Assembly: GCF_006345805.1 (NCBI RefSeq)
Contig: NC_043007.1
Coordinates: forward strand, 38,440,001-38,504,000
Length of the DNA: 64,000 nt
Direction of reading: 5' to 3'
From: Octopus sinensis
Taxonomy: Eukaryota
The notes beneath the pieces were generated by a model. The model was not told the DNA's origin and did no database searches. It saw only the letters and a list, made by a program, of their open reading frames with translations. Below, in pieces: positions 1-13,060 of the stretch. Position 1 is the stretch's first letter. Each line of letters opens with the position of its first letter. Position numbers and translations under genes: made by a program.

Positions 1-615
1 TGGATCCAAAATTTGGTTTGCTGGTACCTTACAAGCTATGACCGCAGTGCCTGGCATTGTAGTATGTGTAGTGAACGACTTGTGCTAGACAAAGGAAGAC
101 TACATTATGTGATGCAGCAAAAAAATTAGAAGTTTGGTTCCGGAAAACTAGACGCACCACCAATTATCCAATACTTTTCAGTTCAGACTACACCAGATCA
201 TCTGTTTTGTCAGATTAACAGAAGGCACATAACAGTAATTCAAGGTAAATACCTGAAATACTGCTGACACAGTATCAATAATCTTTTTGCTATTAAATTT
301 TCAGGGCACACTTGTTTATTCACTAGAAACAGGTTATAAAAATTAGAAATATTTTCAAATCTTTCAGCCATAATAATCTGAAGATGCAAATATTTAAAAC
401 AAAATCTAATGTTATGCACTACGCTTCTAACCACTAGGACCCCACAGGACTATAAAGGGTTAACATTTACTTTTTCGTCTTTCATACTGGGATGCTATAT
501 TCTCCACAATATACGCAAGTTATTTATTAACCTGTTCTTCACAGAGAGAAGATCCTTCACAGGTTAGCATTTGTTGTTAAATTTAGTTTTAAATATTTGC
601 ATCTTTATGTTATTA

Positions 616-1520
616 CTAGCTGACATAACTGGTAATTTCTGGGAAAGCAGGGCTTATCCCTTGGTTCTGTTCTCATAATTATTTCGCTAATCCAATAACA
701 ACAATATAAAGTATGTAGCCCTTAAAACAGTTTCTGTGCATTTACAGAGTATACCGAACTGTCCTACACAGGATCTTGTTTTTACGAATTCCCAATAAGA
801 TATGAATACCCAAATTGTGAAGTCAGATATGTAATAACATAAAATTAGTTACTTGATAGTAAGAATTCAAATAAAGTAGCCCTAAAAAAGGCTCTAATGC
901 ATTCCAAGAGTATATAGAACTGAGGAGGAAATACTAATAAGGTATGTATACTAAAATTATGAAGCATGTTACATAATAACAGGCTAATCAGATATGAGAT
1001 AATAACAATTCAAAGTAAATAACTCTGAAAAGGGATTTTGTGTGTTCCCAGAGAATATTATTCTTAACAGCGCTAGTGTTGGTATATTCGTGAATAAGTC
1101 ACTAACCAAAATAAGTGGGTCTACTGTTTAGGAAAATATCATTTACTTGTTTAAGGGTTGTACTGGATAAATTGCAAAAATAACTCGAACAGTTCAAATA
1201 CTAAGAAATAATAATACTCAATTTTATTTATACCAAATAATTTAGGAAAATGAATGGGTTATTTCCTTTGGCTGTTAAAATCTGAGCGAATGGGTTATTT
1301 CCCTTGGCTGTTAAAATGAAATATATGATATATATAAGGATCCCTTCTAGGGGCCCTATTATCGTTTTTTTTTCAACAATCTGAGTATGCCATGAGGTTT
1401 CCAGACACGAGTTCTACTCATGTGTCAAGTTTCATGAAAATCGGTAAAGCAACATAGGAGGAGTTAGCCAACAACTCGGCAAACATACCCACAGACAGAA
1501 TTTCCCACATATTTAGTAGA
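616..1520 (-). mobile_element. Non-autonomous Helitron-like element
   Basis: On the minus strand it starts A|TCTACTAAAT (1520) and ends CTAG|T (616), i.e. TC...CTAG inserted in AT. It has diverged ~150-bp internal repeats and a near-perfect ~30-bp duplication at about 1252-1317. Confidence 0.6.
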
Positions 1521-2756
1521 TAGCTAGGTGTAGGGAGAGTGTTTCCATCTCCAAAAGTTATAAGTTAATAAAGAAATTTGTGTCATGAAAGCTTGACAAC
1601 AACAAAGTTATTTATTAATGGCCACAGGAAATTTCAATGTGCTATCACATCTGAATAAAAAGAGGTACCAGATCAATTGCCAGAAAATCAGTAATGTACC
1701 AGTAGTATGTTCAGGTAGATCTTATAACAGAAAAAAGTCATTTCACTTTTTGAGTTGTTTTCACTGTCAGGATTTCAGTGGCCTGCAGACAGATGCATAA
1801 CCACTAGAGTAAATCACTTTAGCAGCAGATAATAACAGCCACTACAGAGTAGCTATTCAGATTGTCTTACAGCAATCATTTCAGCTATACAACTTACTGA
1901 CAATAACACAATATCTTGATGTTACAGCATATTGCAAGTTATTGAACAATGCACAAAATTAATGCCACAAGTCCAATTGCTGCTTAACTGGATAGCTACA
2001 AGCCATGCAGCTTCCTGCAGCTATTACAGGTTAACAAGCTACCAATGCTTAATACCAGAGACACACCACTTGTTAGTTTTATTTTGATGCCACACCCATT
2101 AATTGAACTTTGAATGGAATTCTCCTCTAAGCTAATCTCACCACAAGACGTGTTTACCTGAATAAATTTGCTAGTTCTAATACATATAGGAAAGTTTGTG
2201 AGTTTGAGCCACAAGGAAAAGAATATGCTGATATTTTGAGAGCAAAAAGAACAATCAGAATTCTTTTCTGCTCATGGAATACAAACTTATCTAAACTCAC
2301 AAACTTCAATGAATCATTTTAGGGTAGTTTGCTAAACTGCATTTGTTTCAGCTTTCATGTCAAATACAAATAAATATAATTTTAAATTATCATTTGTGTT
2401 GGTAGCATGAAAAAAGCATCCAGTACATGCTGTAAAGTGGTTGGTGTTACAAAGGGTATTCAGCTGTAGAAACATTGACAGAGTAAACACTGAAGCATGA
2501 TGCAGCCTTTAGGTTCATCAGATCCTGTCAAACAGTCCAACCCACCCAGCATGGAACATGAACATTAAATGACGATGATTCTGCAAAGAAAAGAGCTCCA
2601 GTAGCTAAGACAATTGAACAACAGGCTTCTTTCTTTGTTGCTAGAATATATTTGCGAACTCAATCCCAAACACAACCATATAGCAACTAAATTTACTAAG
2701 CTACAGAAACACAGAATAACTAACTAAAAAAGATATTGTCACAATAATTCCTGTTA

Positions 2757-3008
<252 letters not shown>

Positions 3009-4184
3009 TTAATTAATCAGTTTATTAATGAATTAATGGCTTTGTATATCTATGCATCTTCATTTACACAAACCAAAATACTGATAATCCTGAATAATGA
3101 AATTTTCTTAGGGCTATAAGATGCAAGTACACAAGTACCGTCATTGATCAAGGTGGAGAGTCATTACTACAGACATCCTCTTCAAGTAGAATATCTAGGC
3201 TAGCATAGGAGAACACTTTGATCAAAGTCAAAATTTTGTCTCCATCAAAATTTAAAACTGCCTACAGATGAGGTCTCTAAAAACTCATGGAAAAAAAAAT
3301 TTTATCACTTAAGGCAAAAACAGCAAATTATATTTAATTTGCATACATTTGCATATCATTTTCTTAATACAGACATATCTCCATAGGTTTTTATGTATTT
3401 AAAATGAACCCTTGTACTAAGGAAAAAAAAAGGTTCTAGGGCAAGTCAGTCTGTGTCGTCCCTCTCAAAGTTATATGCATGGTAAAATTTAAACATGCAT
3501 TAATACAGGAAAAAAAACTGCATTCATTCATTTCATGTTATGGTAGTAATTAACAATCAGGTGGTGTGTACTATTTAAAAATTAATCACTTCCACAAACG
3601 ATGGTGCCCCATAACATATGGGATTGCTTTTATTGTTATTATTATCTGAGGACAGTAAGGCAGCAGGCCAACAGAATTGTTATGACTCTGGGAAATCATT
3701 AGCAGCATTTCGCTCGTCCTTACGTTCTAAGTGCAAATTCTGCCACGCCTGCTTTGAGGAACAGAGGCCATTACAGCAGCAGCAGAAAAGGCAGAGAAAG
3801 AAGACAATGTATTTGTGGGCCAGAAGCAGGGACATGTCCGAGCGACTTTATGCCAAACAGTTAGGTGGCCTTTATATGGAATGGTAAGTGTCAAAGCAAA
3901 TATGACATCAACAACAAATGATTCTTGCTGGTAAAAATGAAGTTTCTAAATTGGATAGAGAAATCTGAAGGGTTGTTTTGGCCCAATGGTAGAAAACTTG
4001 TCAAGTTCACAGGAGATGTGACTTTGAATTTTTTCTATCCAGGTTTTTCAACCCAAACTTTACATGATATACAAATATACATGTGTGTGTGGGTGGGTGT
4101 TATGTATAATAGATATATACAGGCATCTTCTCCATCATTAAAAAAAAAAGTAAACAAAATCATTCTCAGAGGAAGATACATTAC

Positions 4185-4376
4185 CTTCAAATCTCTGTAT
4201 ACTATATTGTTTTCATGCAGGTAACCTAATGCGGAAATTATCTCTGCACCATAGAAACGTGTTCTGTCTTCAGTGAATACTCGCTCCCTCGATAAATGGA
4301 AAAACAGTTCTCCACCATTCACATATTCCATAACAAAACATAGTCGATCTGCTGTTTGGAATGAATATTTTAATTG
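4185..4376 (-). CDS. akt: Akt/PKB coding exon, hinge to catalytic loop
   Basis: tttcag|CAA...AAG|gtaatg, 192 nt, phase 0-0. Translates [64 protein letters not shown]. Confidence 0.97.
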
Positions 4377-4559
4377 CTGAAAGGAAATAAAAAGTGAGAA
4401 AGAGAGTGGGTGAGTGAAGAAAGGAGAATAATGACATTTATGTTGTGTGTTTGTGTGCATATATTTGTATCATGTCAAATAGAAGAGGCGGAACAGTACC
4501 CATATACTCCCTAAGCTGGTGCAGTTGATATTCAATTTACATATGTGAGTAAATGTTTG

Positions 4560-4910
4560 AGGGAGTCATGTGGAGTAGAAGGGTAGGGGAGCTTGCAGAG
4601 AGTGGAATCCTAAGGGAAGCTGGATTGGTATGCTCAGTGTGGCTGGGAGATGAGATACAGAAAGAATGATAGGAGAGGAGGTAAATGGAATGAGTTGACT
4701 TAGCTGAAGGTGTTATGCAGCTATGACTAGAAGGGCAGAGGTCATTGTAGTAGTGGCTAATTAGGAAGAAGAAAGACAGATAAATAGATAGGTGTCTGGC
4801 CTCCTATCAGATATGATCTAGGATGTTTGTGGGTGTAGAACAAGCATGGTTTCAGCTACATGACCAATACATCTATGTGAGTTTTACTTGTTTGTGTATA
4901 CATTTTTGTG
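4560..4910 (-). mobile_element. Degraded CR1/L2-group LINE ORF2 3' remnant
   Basis: Minus translation QVKLT*MYWSCS*NHACSTPTNILDHI**EARHL followed by HYYNDLCPS resembles the post-RT region of CR1-type LINEs. Confidence 0.45.
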
Positions 4911-4930
4911 CATTTCTGAGTATGAATGGT

Positions 4931-5065
4931 GAAGGCGCGTGGCTTAGTGATTAGGGTATTCAACTTATGAGTTTGATTCTTGGCAGTATATTATGTTCTT
5001 GAGTAAGACACTTTATTTCATGTTGCTCCAGTCCACTCAGCTGGCAAAAATGAGTTAGTACTTGT
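4931..5065 (+). mobile_element. tRNA-derived SINE, family C
   Basis: gaaggcgcgtggcttagtg (A-box-like)...ttgctccagtccactcagctggcaaaaatgag. Shared with the copy at 12829 and with degraded copies near 23500, 33260, 39810, 56833 and 61420. Confidence 0.7.
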
Positions 5066-5322
5066 ATTTCAAGAGGACACTATAGCATACTCAGCTATAT
5101 GCACATTAATTTTACGAGCAGGTTGTTCCCTTCATCAGATCAACAGAAAACCTCGTCATTATAACTGTTGGAGTGCCAGCTGAGTCTGAATGGACATACA
5201 TCTGTGTATGTATGAAAGTGTGTATGAATTAAGAATATGTATGTGCACAAGTACTTGCAAATGTGTGTGTGTGTGTGTGTGTGTGCAAATTTCAGCTCAA
5301 ATAAAGACAAATACAAGCTTAC

Positions 5323-5388
5323 TGTTAAAAATGGATGCCTGGTATTTTGTAAAACTCGGTTTTCTGTCAAAGTATGAGCAATTTCATC
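5323..5388 (-). CDS. akt: Akt/PKB coding exon, kinase alphaC region
   Basis: atacag|GAT...ACA|gtaagc, 66 nt, phase 0-0. Translates [22 protein letters not shown]. Confidence 0.97.
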
Positions 5389-6212
5389 CTGTATGGGAAA
5401 AAAGCACATCATCAGAAACAAATAAAAAAACAACAATACATATAAATAATTACATATTTTGCACATTATTAGTCATTGTTGATTGTTTTAATAACTCAAT
5501 CATGCCCCCTGTCCTATAGCTAATCACTCAACCATGAAAAGGGTGTGGAGACTACTGATAATCAAACAAGTTAAGTTACCTTAACTTGCTTAAGAACATA
5601 TTAATTAGAATGAAAATCATAATGGTAGTTGCTTATTTTGCCATATGAAGCAAGGAATTCTAGAAGAAACAGGATAGTTGATAAGACTGACCTCCAAATG
5701 CTTGCTTATTTATTTTACTGATGCAGAAGGATAAAAGACCAAAGTTGACAGATGGGATCTGAATGAAAAGCAACATTATCATATACCACAAGCCATTTTA
5801 TGTTCAGCTACTTCAATTAATAAATGTTCATTTTTACATCCATTTTCCATGCTAGCATGGGTGAGGTGAATATACAATTGAGGCATTGTTTTATAACCAG
5901 ATGCCTTTCCAGTAACTAACCCATATCTGATTTTTCAAGTAAGGGACATTGTATTCTGCAGTTCTTTGCAGGGTCAAAACCAGCAAATGATCTTGTTTAC
6001 AGAGGAAACAATAACAATGTTATTACTCATGGCTGACCAAATGTTTAGAAAAACACAAATGTAAACAAGCATATGTATACGATGGGCTTCTTTCAGCTTT
6101 TGCCTACTAAGTCCACTCAGAGGGTTTTTGGTTAGCCTAAGGCACTGCACAGTAGGACTGAACCCAAGACCATATGGTCTTTTAATCACACAGACATGCC
6201 TACAAATAATTT

Positions 6213-7096
6213 TTTCAAATTTTGGCATAGGCCAGAAATTTTAGTGGCAAGAGATTAGTTGATTACATCAAATCCAGTGCTTGACAGGTATTATTTTATC
6301 AACCCTGAAAGGAAGGTGAAATTGACCTCAGCAGGATTTGAACTCAGAACATAAAGAGACAGAAGAAATACCATTAAGTAACTTTTCCGAAGATTTAATG
6401 ATTCTGCCTACTCTAATAATCATAATAATAATTCTTTCTACTATAGGCACAAAATTTAGCAGGAGCTAGTTGAGTACATCAACCTCAGTGCCTGACTAGT
6501 ACTTATTTTATCGACCCCCACAAAAGGATGAAAAGTCGGCCTTGGTAGTATTTGAACTCAGAATGTAAAACCTAGATAAAGTAGTGAAGCATTTTGCCTG
6601 GGGTGCTAATGATTCTGCCAGCTTGCCACAATAATAAAAATAATAATAATAATGATTTCAAATTTTGGCACAAGACCACCAATTTCGGAGGAGGGTTAAG
6701 TCGACTACATCAACCCCAGTTCTCAACTGGTACTTATTTTACCGACCCCAAACAAATGAAAAGCAAAGTTCACCTCAGTGGGATTTGAACTTGAAATGTA
6801 GCAATGGATGAAATGCCACTAAGTATTTTGCCAAGCATGCTAACGATTCTACTGGCTTGCCACTTTAATAATAATAATAATCCTTTCTACTATAGGCACA
6901 AGGCCTGAAATTGTTGGGGAGGGAACTAGTTAATTACATCGATCCCAGTGTTTCACTGGTACTTAATTTATTAGCCCTGAAAGGATGAAAGGCAAAGTTG
7001 ACCTCAGCAGAATTTGAACTCAGAATGTAGCGATGGGCGAAATACTGCTAAGCATTTTGTCCAGTGTGCTAACAATTCTGCCAGCTCACTGCCTTA
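6213..7096 (-). mobile_element. Four tandem copies of a ~220-bp SINE, family B
   Basis: Repeated core gaaaggatgaaaggcaaagttgacctc...gaatttgaactcagaa...gattctgccagctc, with copies separated by (AAT)n tails. Confidence 0.8.
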
Positions 7097-7269
7097 ATAA
7101 TGATAGTAGTAATAGTTACTTTATTAACCACAAAAGTTTTACCTGAGACAAACAAAGGATAACACAGGACAAAACATTGAGTAGGTGTGTATGAGTGTGC
7201 ACTGGTGTGAGGGTTTTGCACATAAGCAGGTTTAACAAAAAAAAAAATTTTTTTTAATATTTATTTTAC

Positions 7270-7401
7270 CTTGGCAACAATTACAGCCTTTTTCAAAATT
7301 TTTATAGCATAAAGGTCGCTGGTAGTTTTCTCTCGGCACAAGATAACTTTACCAAATGTTCCTTTGCCTAATACCTTCAGGAACTCAAAGTCGTCTAGTG
7401 A
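7270..7401 (-). CDS. akt: Akt/PKB coding exon, kinase subdomains I-II
   Basis: ttttag|TCA CTA GAC...GCC AAG|gtaaaa, 132 nt, phase 0-0. Translates [44 protein letters not shown] (GxGxFG loop and catalytic Lys in AIK). Confidence 0.97.
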
Positions 7402-7676
7402 CTAAAAAGATAAAAATAAGCTTGAGAATAAAAACACATACACACACATATATATATATATATATATAAAATAAATATGTAATATGAATGCATTTTTTTT
7501 GTTGTGTAACTGTAGAATAGTCAAGACCAAACAGATCTAATAATCAAAGACACTCCAAACGTGACCACCTAAACTTTACTGTCAAGCAGTATAGTACATT
7601 AGCCAATACATCCTTGGTAGGGTGTGATGAAGGAAATTTGGTTGCTATTTCTAGCAGGCCAAGTGACCATGTAGAG

Positions 7677-7901
7677 CCGTGGTTCTCAACCAGGGTCCAT
7701 AACAGATTTTGTCATGTGTAACAAACTGGTTATACTTCTACAATGAACAAAATATTAAAATTTTTTTAAATATAATTTTCCTAATAATATTCAATTATAA
7801 AAATATATAATAGGATTTTAAAATATCAAATGACTAGGAGGGGCCATCCAAGAATATAGGAGCCAAAGGGGTCCATAGGTAGAAAAATGGTTGAGAAACA
7901 G
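7677..7901. mobile_element. hAT-type MITE (degraded)
   Basis: Ends ccgtggttctcaacc...ggttgagaaacag; 8-bp TSD atgtagag/aggtagag (7/8). Same family as 21313-21628. Confidence 0.65.
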
Positions 7902-8684
7902 AGGTAGAGGATCCATCATTAGCGTGTATGTGTGTGCATACATACACACACATACACAACTGTGTGTGTACATACACACACATGCAAACATACCAACCAA
8001 CAAAGGAGCGTCTATGTTTTTTTTCCTTGGAATAGCAACAAATTATATACTTCCTAAGTTTGATAGAGCTACACAACAAAAAAACACATACATATATACA
8101 CAACTATATTTACATAATGAAACATATATGTCAAGGTTTCAAGTGTCTATATCAATACAGTTCTGATCAAGTACATTAAAATAAGATATCATAATACACA
8201 TAAACTATAACATCAAAACAACAGGAACAAATTAATAATACTAAAGAAAATTGAGAATGTCTTTTGGTTACACATATACACCACCACCTTCTGTTTAAAA
8301 AAAGGAGGTTAAAGTTGATTATAATAGTATAGTACAGCATAGTAGTGCCCCATCATGATTACATACTGCCCTCTATTCCTCTCTATATGTGCATGAGTAC
8401 ATATATTTATATATATATGAACATACACTATATGTACATGAGATTCTAGTACACTGCAATTCAATGGCTTGCACCATGCAACTGACAAGGTACTGTGTCC
8501 ATTGCCGAAAGTATTTGATTCTCACTGTCCCAGTCTGTAAAGATGTAAAGCAGTGTTATGGCAGGGTGCATGCAGCCTATAAGACCTACATAACAAAGCC
8601 ATTTTTTAATTTATCAGTACATCTGCTGCTGAACTCTACTTTACATAGTACCTATCTACAGTTTGATACACTGGATTATATTTA

Positions 8685-8900
8685 ACCATTCTGGTACATT
8701 TCTGATGAAATACACTGTATTTGTTCCAATTTAGAGAATAATGAAAAATTTAGTAAAATAACTTTGTCATTATCAAGCTGGTGTTTGGAACATAAACTGA
8801 CATGAAATTTTGATGGAAGACTTTAATTTATAATACATTTAAACAAGAAGTTTGTATCATAAAACCAGGCATGGTCTCAGGCAGGTTGGTATCAAAAGAG
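8685..8900. mobile_element. Degraded piggyBac-type MITE
   Basis: Similar over its length to the TTAA-flanked element at 45997-46218. Confidence 0.55.
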
Positions 8901-10429
8901 TGAAATTAAGTGGACACAAGCATTGTAGTTCCAGCATTGTGATTTAAAAAATATATATGCAAAGGAAATAGGGAAGTGCATATAACCTTTTGTAAGGCCT
9001 CCTTTATGTGTGGAGGAAAGGCAATTACAAAAACAAATGACTTGCTAAAGGCATCCAAGGTTACAGTAAGTGGTCTTAATATGGGTGACAAATAAATTCT
9101 GCCAACTCAGATCAGATACGGTATACCTGATGGACTTCCACATAGTTTCTGCTGGCCTGGTTTCACTCGTTGAGTCAACTCAAGGCTATCATAGAAGATA
9201 CTTACCCAAAATTCCATGCAGTAAAATCAAATCTGGAATTGCATGATTGCAATACTGCCATGTCTGGATCCATACAAATTTACAGGCTTCTATAAATCTG
9301 ATAGCCAGTCTAATGTGATCAATCGTTAACAAGTACACAATCTTAATTGATCAGTAGAGAACAAAGCAACCGAATCAGGTATAGGAGACAATATCTTCAT
9401 TTCCAGGAAACAGTATTAAAATCAACCAAGTAAGGAAAAGCAACTTGGTTAAACAAAAGGATAAGTTAGATAGTAAGGAAGAAAAGAGAAAGATTAGGAA
9501 AAATAAAATGAAGAAGGACTGATACAGAGAGAATACTTTATATGTAAGACTTTTACAATTTCAGTCAAATTTTGAATTTGAAACTTTATACTTTATCTGT
9601 TGCCCACATTAACACCCGACACTTTGTGTGTTTTAGTGGAGCCTACTCTGTTACAAACACACACACACACACATAGTATGACCAGTTCACAGAAATATGA
9701 CTAGCCATCTAGAATCAAAAACTCAGTGTGATGTGTCAGTATATTTTATCAAAAACAATGAATCCAACAAAATATTACATCTGTCCCTGATTTGTGTTTG
9801 GGTAAAACAGGATATGCATTCCATTGGACTCTTGTTTTTGATAAAAAACACACACACACACAAAATTCTAAAAATGACACAAGGGCTGTGTTTCATGCAT
9901 GCTACACATACTGTTCTTATAGTAATGGTTTTTCTTCCCCAATTAGCATGGGCTAGGTAGATTATTTTTAAATCTAAGTTTTTTTTTCTCACAATTCTAT
10001 GCTTTGTCTTCAAGTGGAACCAGTCATCAGCTAGATACATAGAGTCAAGCAGATTTATAAGTTTAAAAAAAAACAACTATCAAGTTTTAAGGTTTGAACA
10101 CAAGACCAGATAGCCTGTAATCCAATTTCTCACCTATTGTACACTTTTTATTTGTTTATACATTCTCCTGCCTCACCTTTTTCAATAATAGTAGTCAAGT
10201 AATCAAATGACCTATTGGAAACGTATAGATTATTTGAACAATCTTATTTTACAGATAAATGCCTGGCCTTTTGCTTCTGCAGTGGATGTGACTAAAAAAT
10301 GATAAGGATATATTATTATTCTGTTACCAGAACCAGCCACTGGACTATTGCCATGTCAGGCACCACCATCACTAATTATTCACTTAAAAAATAAAAATAA
10401 ATAAACCTTTTAATATTTTTATTTGAAAT

Positions 10430-10645
10430 AAGATGGTGAGCTGGCAGAATCGTAAGCAAGCTGGGCAAAATGCTTAGCGGCATTATATCTGTCTTTATGC
10501 TCTGAGTTCAAATTTCACCGAGGTCAACTTTACCATTCATCCTTACAGAGTTGATAAAATAAGTACCAATTGAGTACTGGTGTTGACATAATCGACTTAC
10601 CCCTACCCTGAAGTTGCTGGCCTTGTGCCAAAATTTGAAACCAAT
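10430..10645 (+). mobile_element. SINE family B
   Basis: ggtgagctggcagaatcg...ctgagttcaaat...ccttgtgccaaaatttgaaa. Confidence 0.8.
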
Positions 10646-11615
10646 ATTTTTATTTGAATTAAGTAAAATTAAAGGTGTATTTTGCATGAGCAAAGTTTGA
10701 ACTCAGAGCAGTTAGATCAGTTGTAGTTTGGTGATAAGCACTTTTTGGTCAATTCTTAAATTTTATCTTTTCACAAAGGTGTAGCTTTAATTTTCTCCTT
10801 AGTAAGCAGTAAATTAAATTAGTTAATAATCTGCTCTCTCTCTAAGTTTGCAAATTAGTTGTATAAAGAGTAACAATAATATTAATAACACAAACTTAAA
10901 CACTGAACAATATTACATATAAAACTACTGCTGACACTTGCAAGCGAATATGACTGTATTATGTATCATGCTTTTGCTTAGTGTTTTAAGTGCCTGTGTC
11001 GTCACGAGCAGACACAGTCACACTCAAGGCTCTCCCAACTTTGACCCAGCAGAATATCCAAGATGTGATAGCTGTGAGGAGGAGGAGGAGACAGAGAGAG
11101 AGAGAGAGAGAGAGAAGTGGGGGCTACACAAGGCTGGAACTCCTTTTCAGTTGAGTAGTCTGGAGCAAACACAAACACTGAAACACACACGCATATACGC
11201 ACACACGCATGCACACACACGTCTATAGGTTATTGAAATGCACTTTCAGGTTCTTTACTTAAGAATATAACCATCTTGAATAGTTGCCATTTACACATCA
11301 CTGATTTATGTGTCTACTGATATTGATATGTGTGTGTATTCAGCATACGTAGCATGATTAGCAGTAGTAATACACACACACATACATACACACAAATGCG
11401 CACCTACAAATGAAAACAAAATCAGTTGACAAAACATTCTGATGACAAAGTGAGTGAGTGTGTGTGTAGAAAATCAGGAAACTGTTCTGCTATTACTGCC
11501 GCCACCTGACACAGTAATTACAGCTTGTAGCTCCACCCTCCACATCATTACCCACTTCATCTCCACTTGCTCGTTGTATCATGTTTTCACTTGACTTACT
11601 GCAACATTAACTACT

Positions 11616-11646
<31 letters not shown>

Positions 11647-11729
11647 ACCAAACCAACTAGTGCCACATTCGTAAAGTAGACAGATTAATACTTGAGGTGG
11701 TGGAATATTGTAATTGGTGGAAATACATG

Positions 11730-11932
11730 GGGCTTTGTGAGGAAAAAGGGCTTTGTGAGGGAAAAGGGCTTTATGAGGGAAAAGGGCTTTATGAAGAAAA
11801 AGGGCTTTATGAGGAAAAAGGGCTTTATGAAGAAAAAGGGCTTTATGAGGAAAAAGGGCTTTATGAAGAAAAAAGGCTTTATGAGGAAAAAGGGCTTTAT
11901 GAAGAAAAAGGGCTTTATGAGGAAAAAGGGCT
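11730..11932. repeat. 18-bp minisatellite, about 11.3 units
   Basis: Unit gggctttatga(g/a)gaaaaa; units 4-11 alternate gaag/gagg. Confidence 0.97.
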
Positions 11933-12828
11933 AGAGAGAGAAACACACACAATGGAGTGGTTGAGAAAATGGATTTTGTTTATTTTTGAGTTTGTATACA
12001 TGCTTGTTGTATATTTAGTCTAAGTTCCACCTAACTGAACAGATCTATTTGACCAACGATATCTTAGTTCAATGTGTATTTTTTATTTGAGGAGGATTAG
12101 CTACTACATATAGCAAGTCAAGCAACCACACAGTGATTCTTTCGTTAATTTGTGTTTGAAGTAACCGTAACTTAGCAGTTCGGCAAAAGAGACCGATAGA
12201 ATAAGTACTAGGCTTACAAAGAATAAGTCCTGGGGTTGATTTGCTCGACAAAAAGGTGGTGCTCCAGCATGGCCACAGTCAAATGACTGAAACAAGTAAA
12301 AAGAGTAAAGAGTGTAAGGTGATATAGTGGCAGTGATGGTCAAAAATCAGAGATTCTGACAGGACTAGATACAATACAGTTTTAATTCCTCATTCACAAT
12401 TTCATTTTCAAATTCTGTAGCAGTTAACTTAGAACTTTTTTTAAATGCTGGTCAACAAAGGATCTTATAGGAAGAGTGCAGATGGCTGTGACAATTGGGT
12501 ACTAGGCAACCAATGAAAATGAAAAGTTTGCTGATTTATGCCCTGTCATCGTATGAAGAAATCTCATTGCACTGAAATACCACACCCACGCATGCTAGTA
12601 ATTGCACTGATCACAGCTGGTTGGCTTTCATTTATACTTGCCACTCCTCAAAGTTGTTTTGTTAAAGTTAAAGGTGGGTACTGTGTAAACTTGATGAGTG
12701 ATTCATCAATTTGTGGTGCTGAGATTAATTCTCCCTACAGGAAAAATTATCAACAGATAAGCTTCTCAAGAGAGAAAGGTTGGTCAATCACAAAAAAATT
12801 AATCCAGTCTATAGGGGGGACAGTAGTG

Positions 12829-13060
12829 GAGGCGCGTGGCTTAGTGGTTAGGGTGTCAGCTCCATGATTGTAAGATTGTGGTTTCGATTCCTGGACCGGG
12901 CGACGCGTTGTGTTCTTGAGCAAAACACTTCATTTCACATTGCTCCAGTCCACTAAGCTGGCAAAAATGAGTAACGCTGCCATGGACTGGCGTCCCATCC
13001 AGCTGGGGAACACATAGAAACCGGGAAACCAGGCCCATGGGCTTGGCTAGGCTTTAAAAA
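12829..13060 (+). mobile_element. tRNA-derived SINE family C, well preserved
   Basis: ggaggcgcgtggcttagtggttagg (A box)...ggtttcgattcctgg (B box), then the family body. Confidence 0.75.

Noticed and set aside
10938-11228. Plus-strand ORF with a signal-peptide-like start (possible nested secreted peptide)
   Set aside because: It runs into (GAG)n/(GA)n/(CA)n repeats, has no convincing processing sites, and has no supporting exons.
12538-12867. 109-aa plus-strand ORF with a hydrophobic stretch
   Set aside because: No recognisable family, and it ends inside a SINE.
12829-12900. tRNA-like A and B boxes
   Set aside because: They continue into a multicopy SINE body and no clean cloverleaf is evident, so this is a SINE head and not a tRNA gene.
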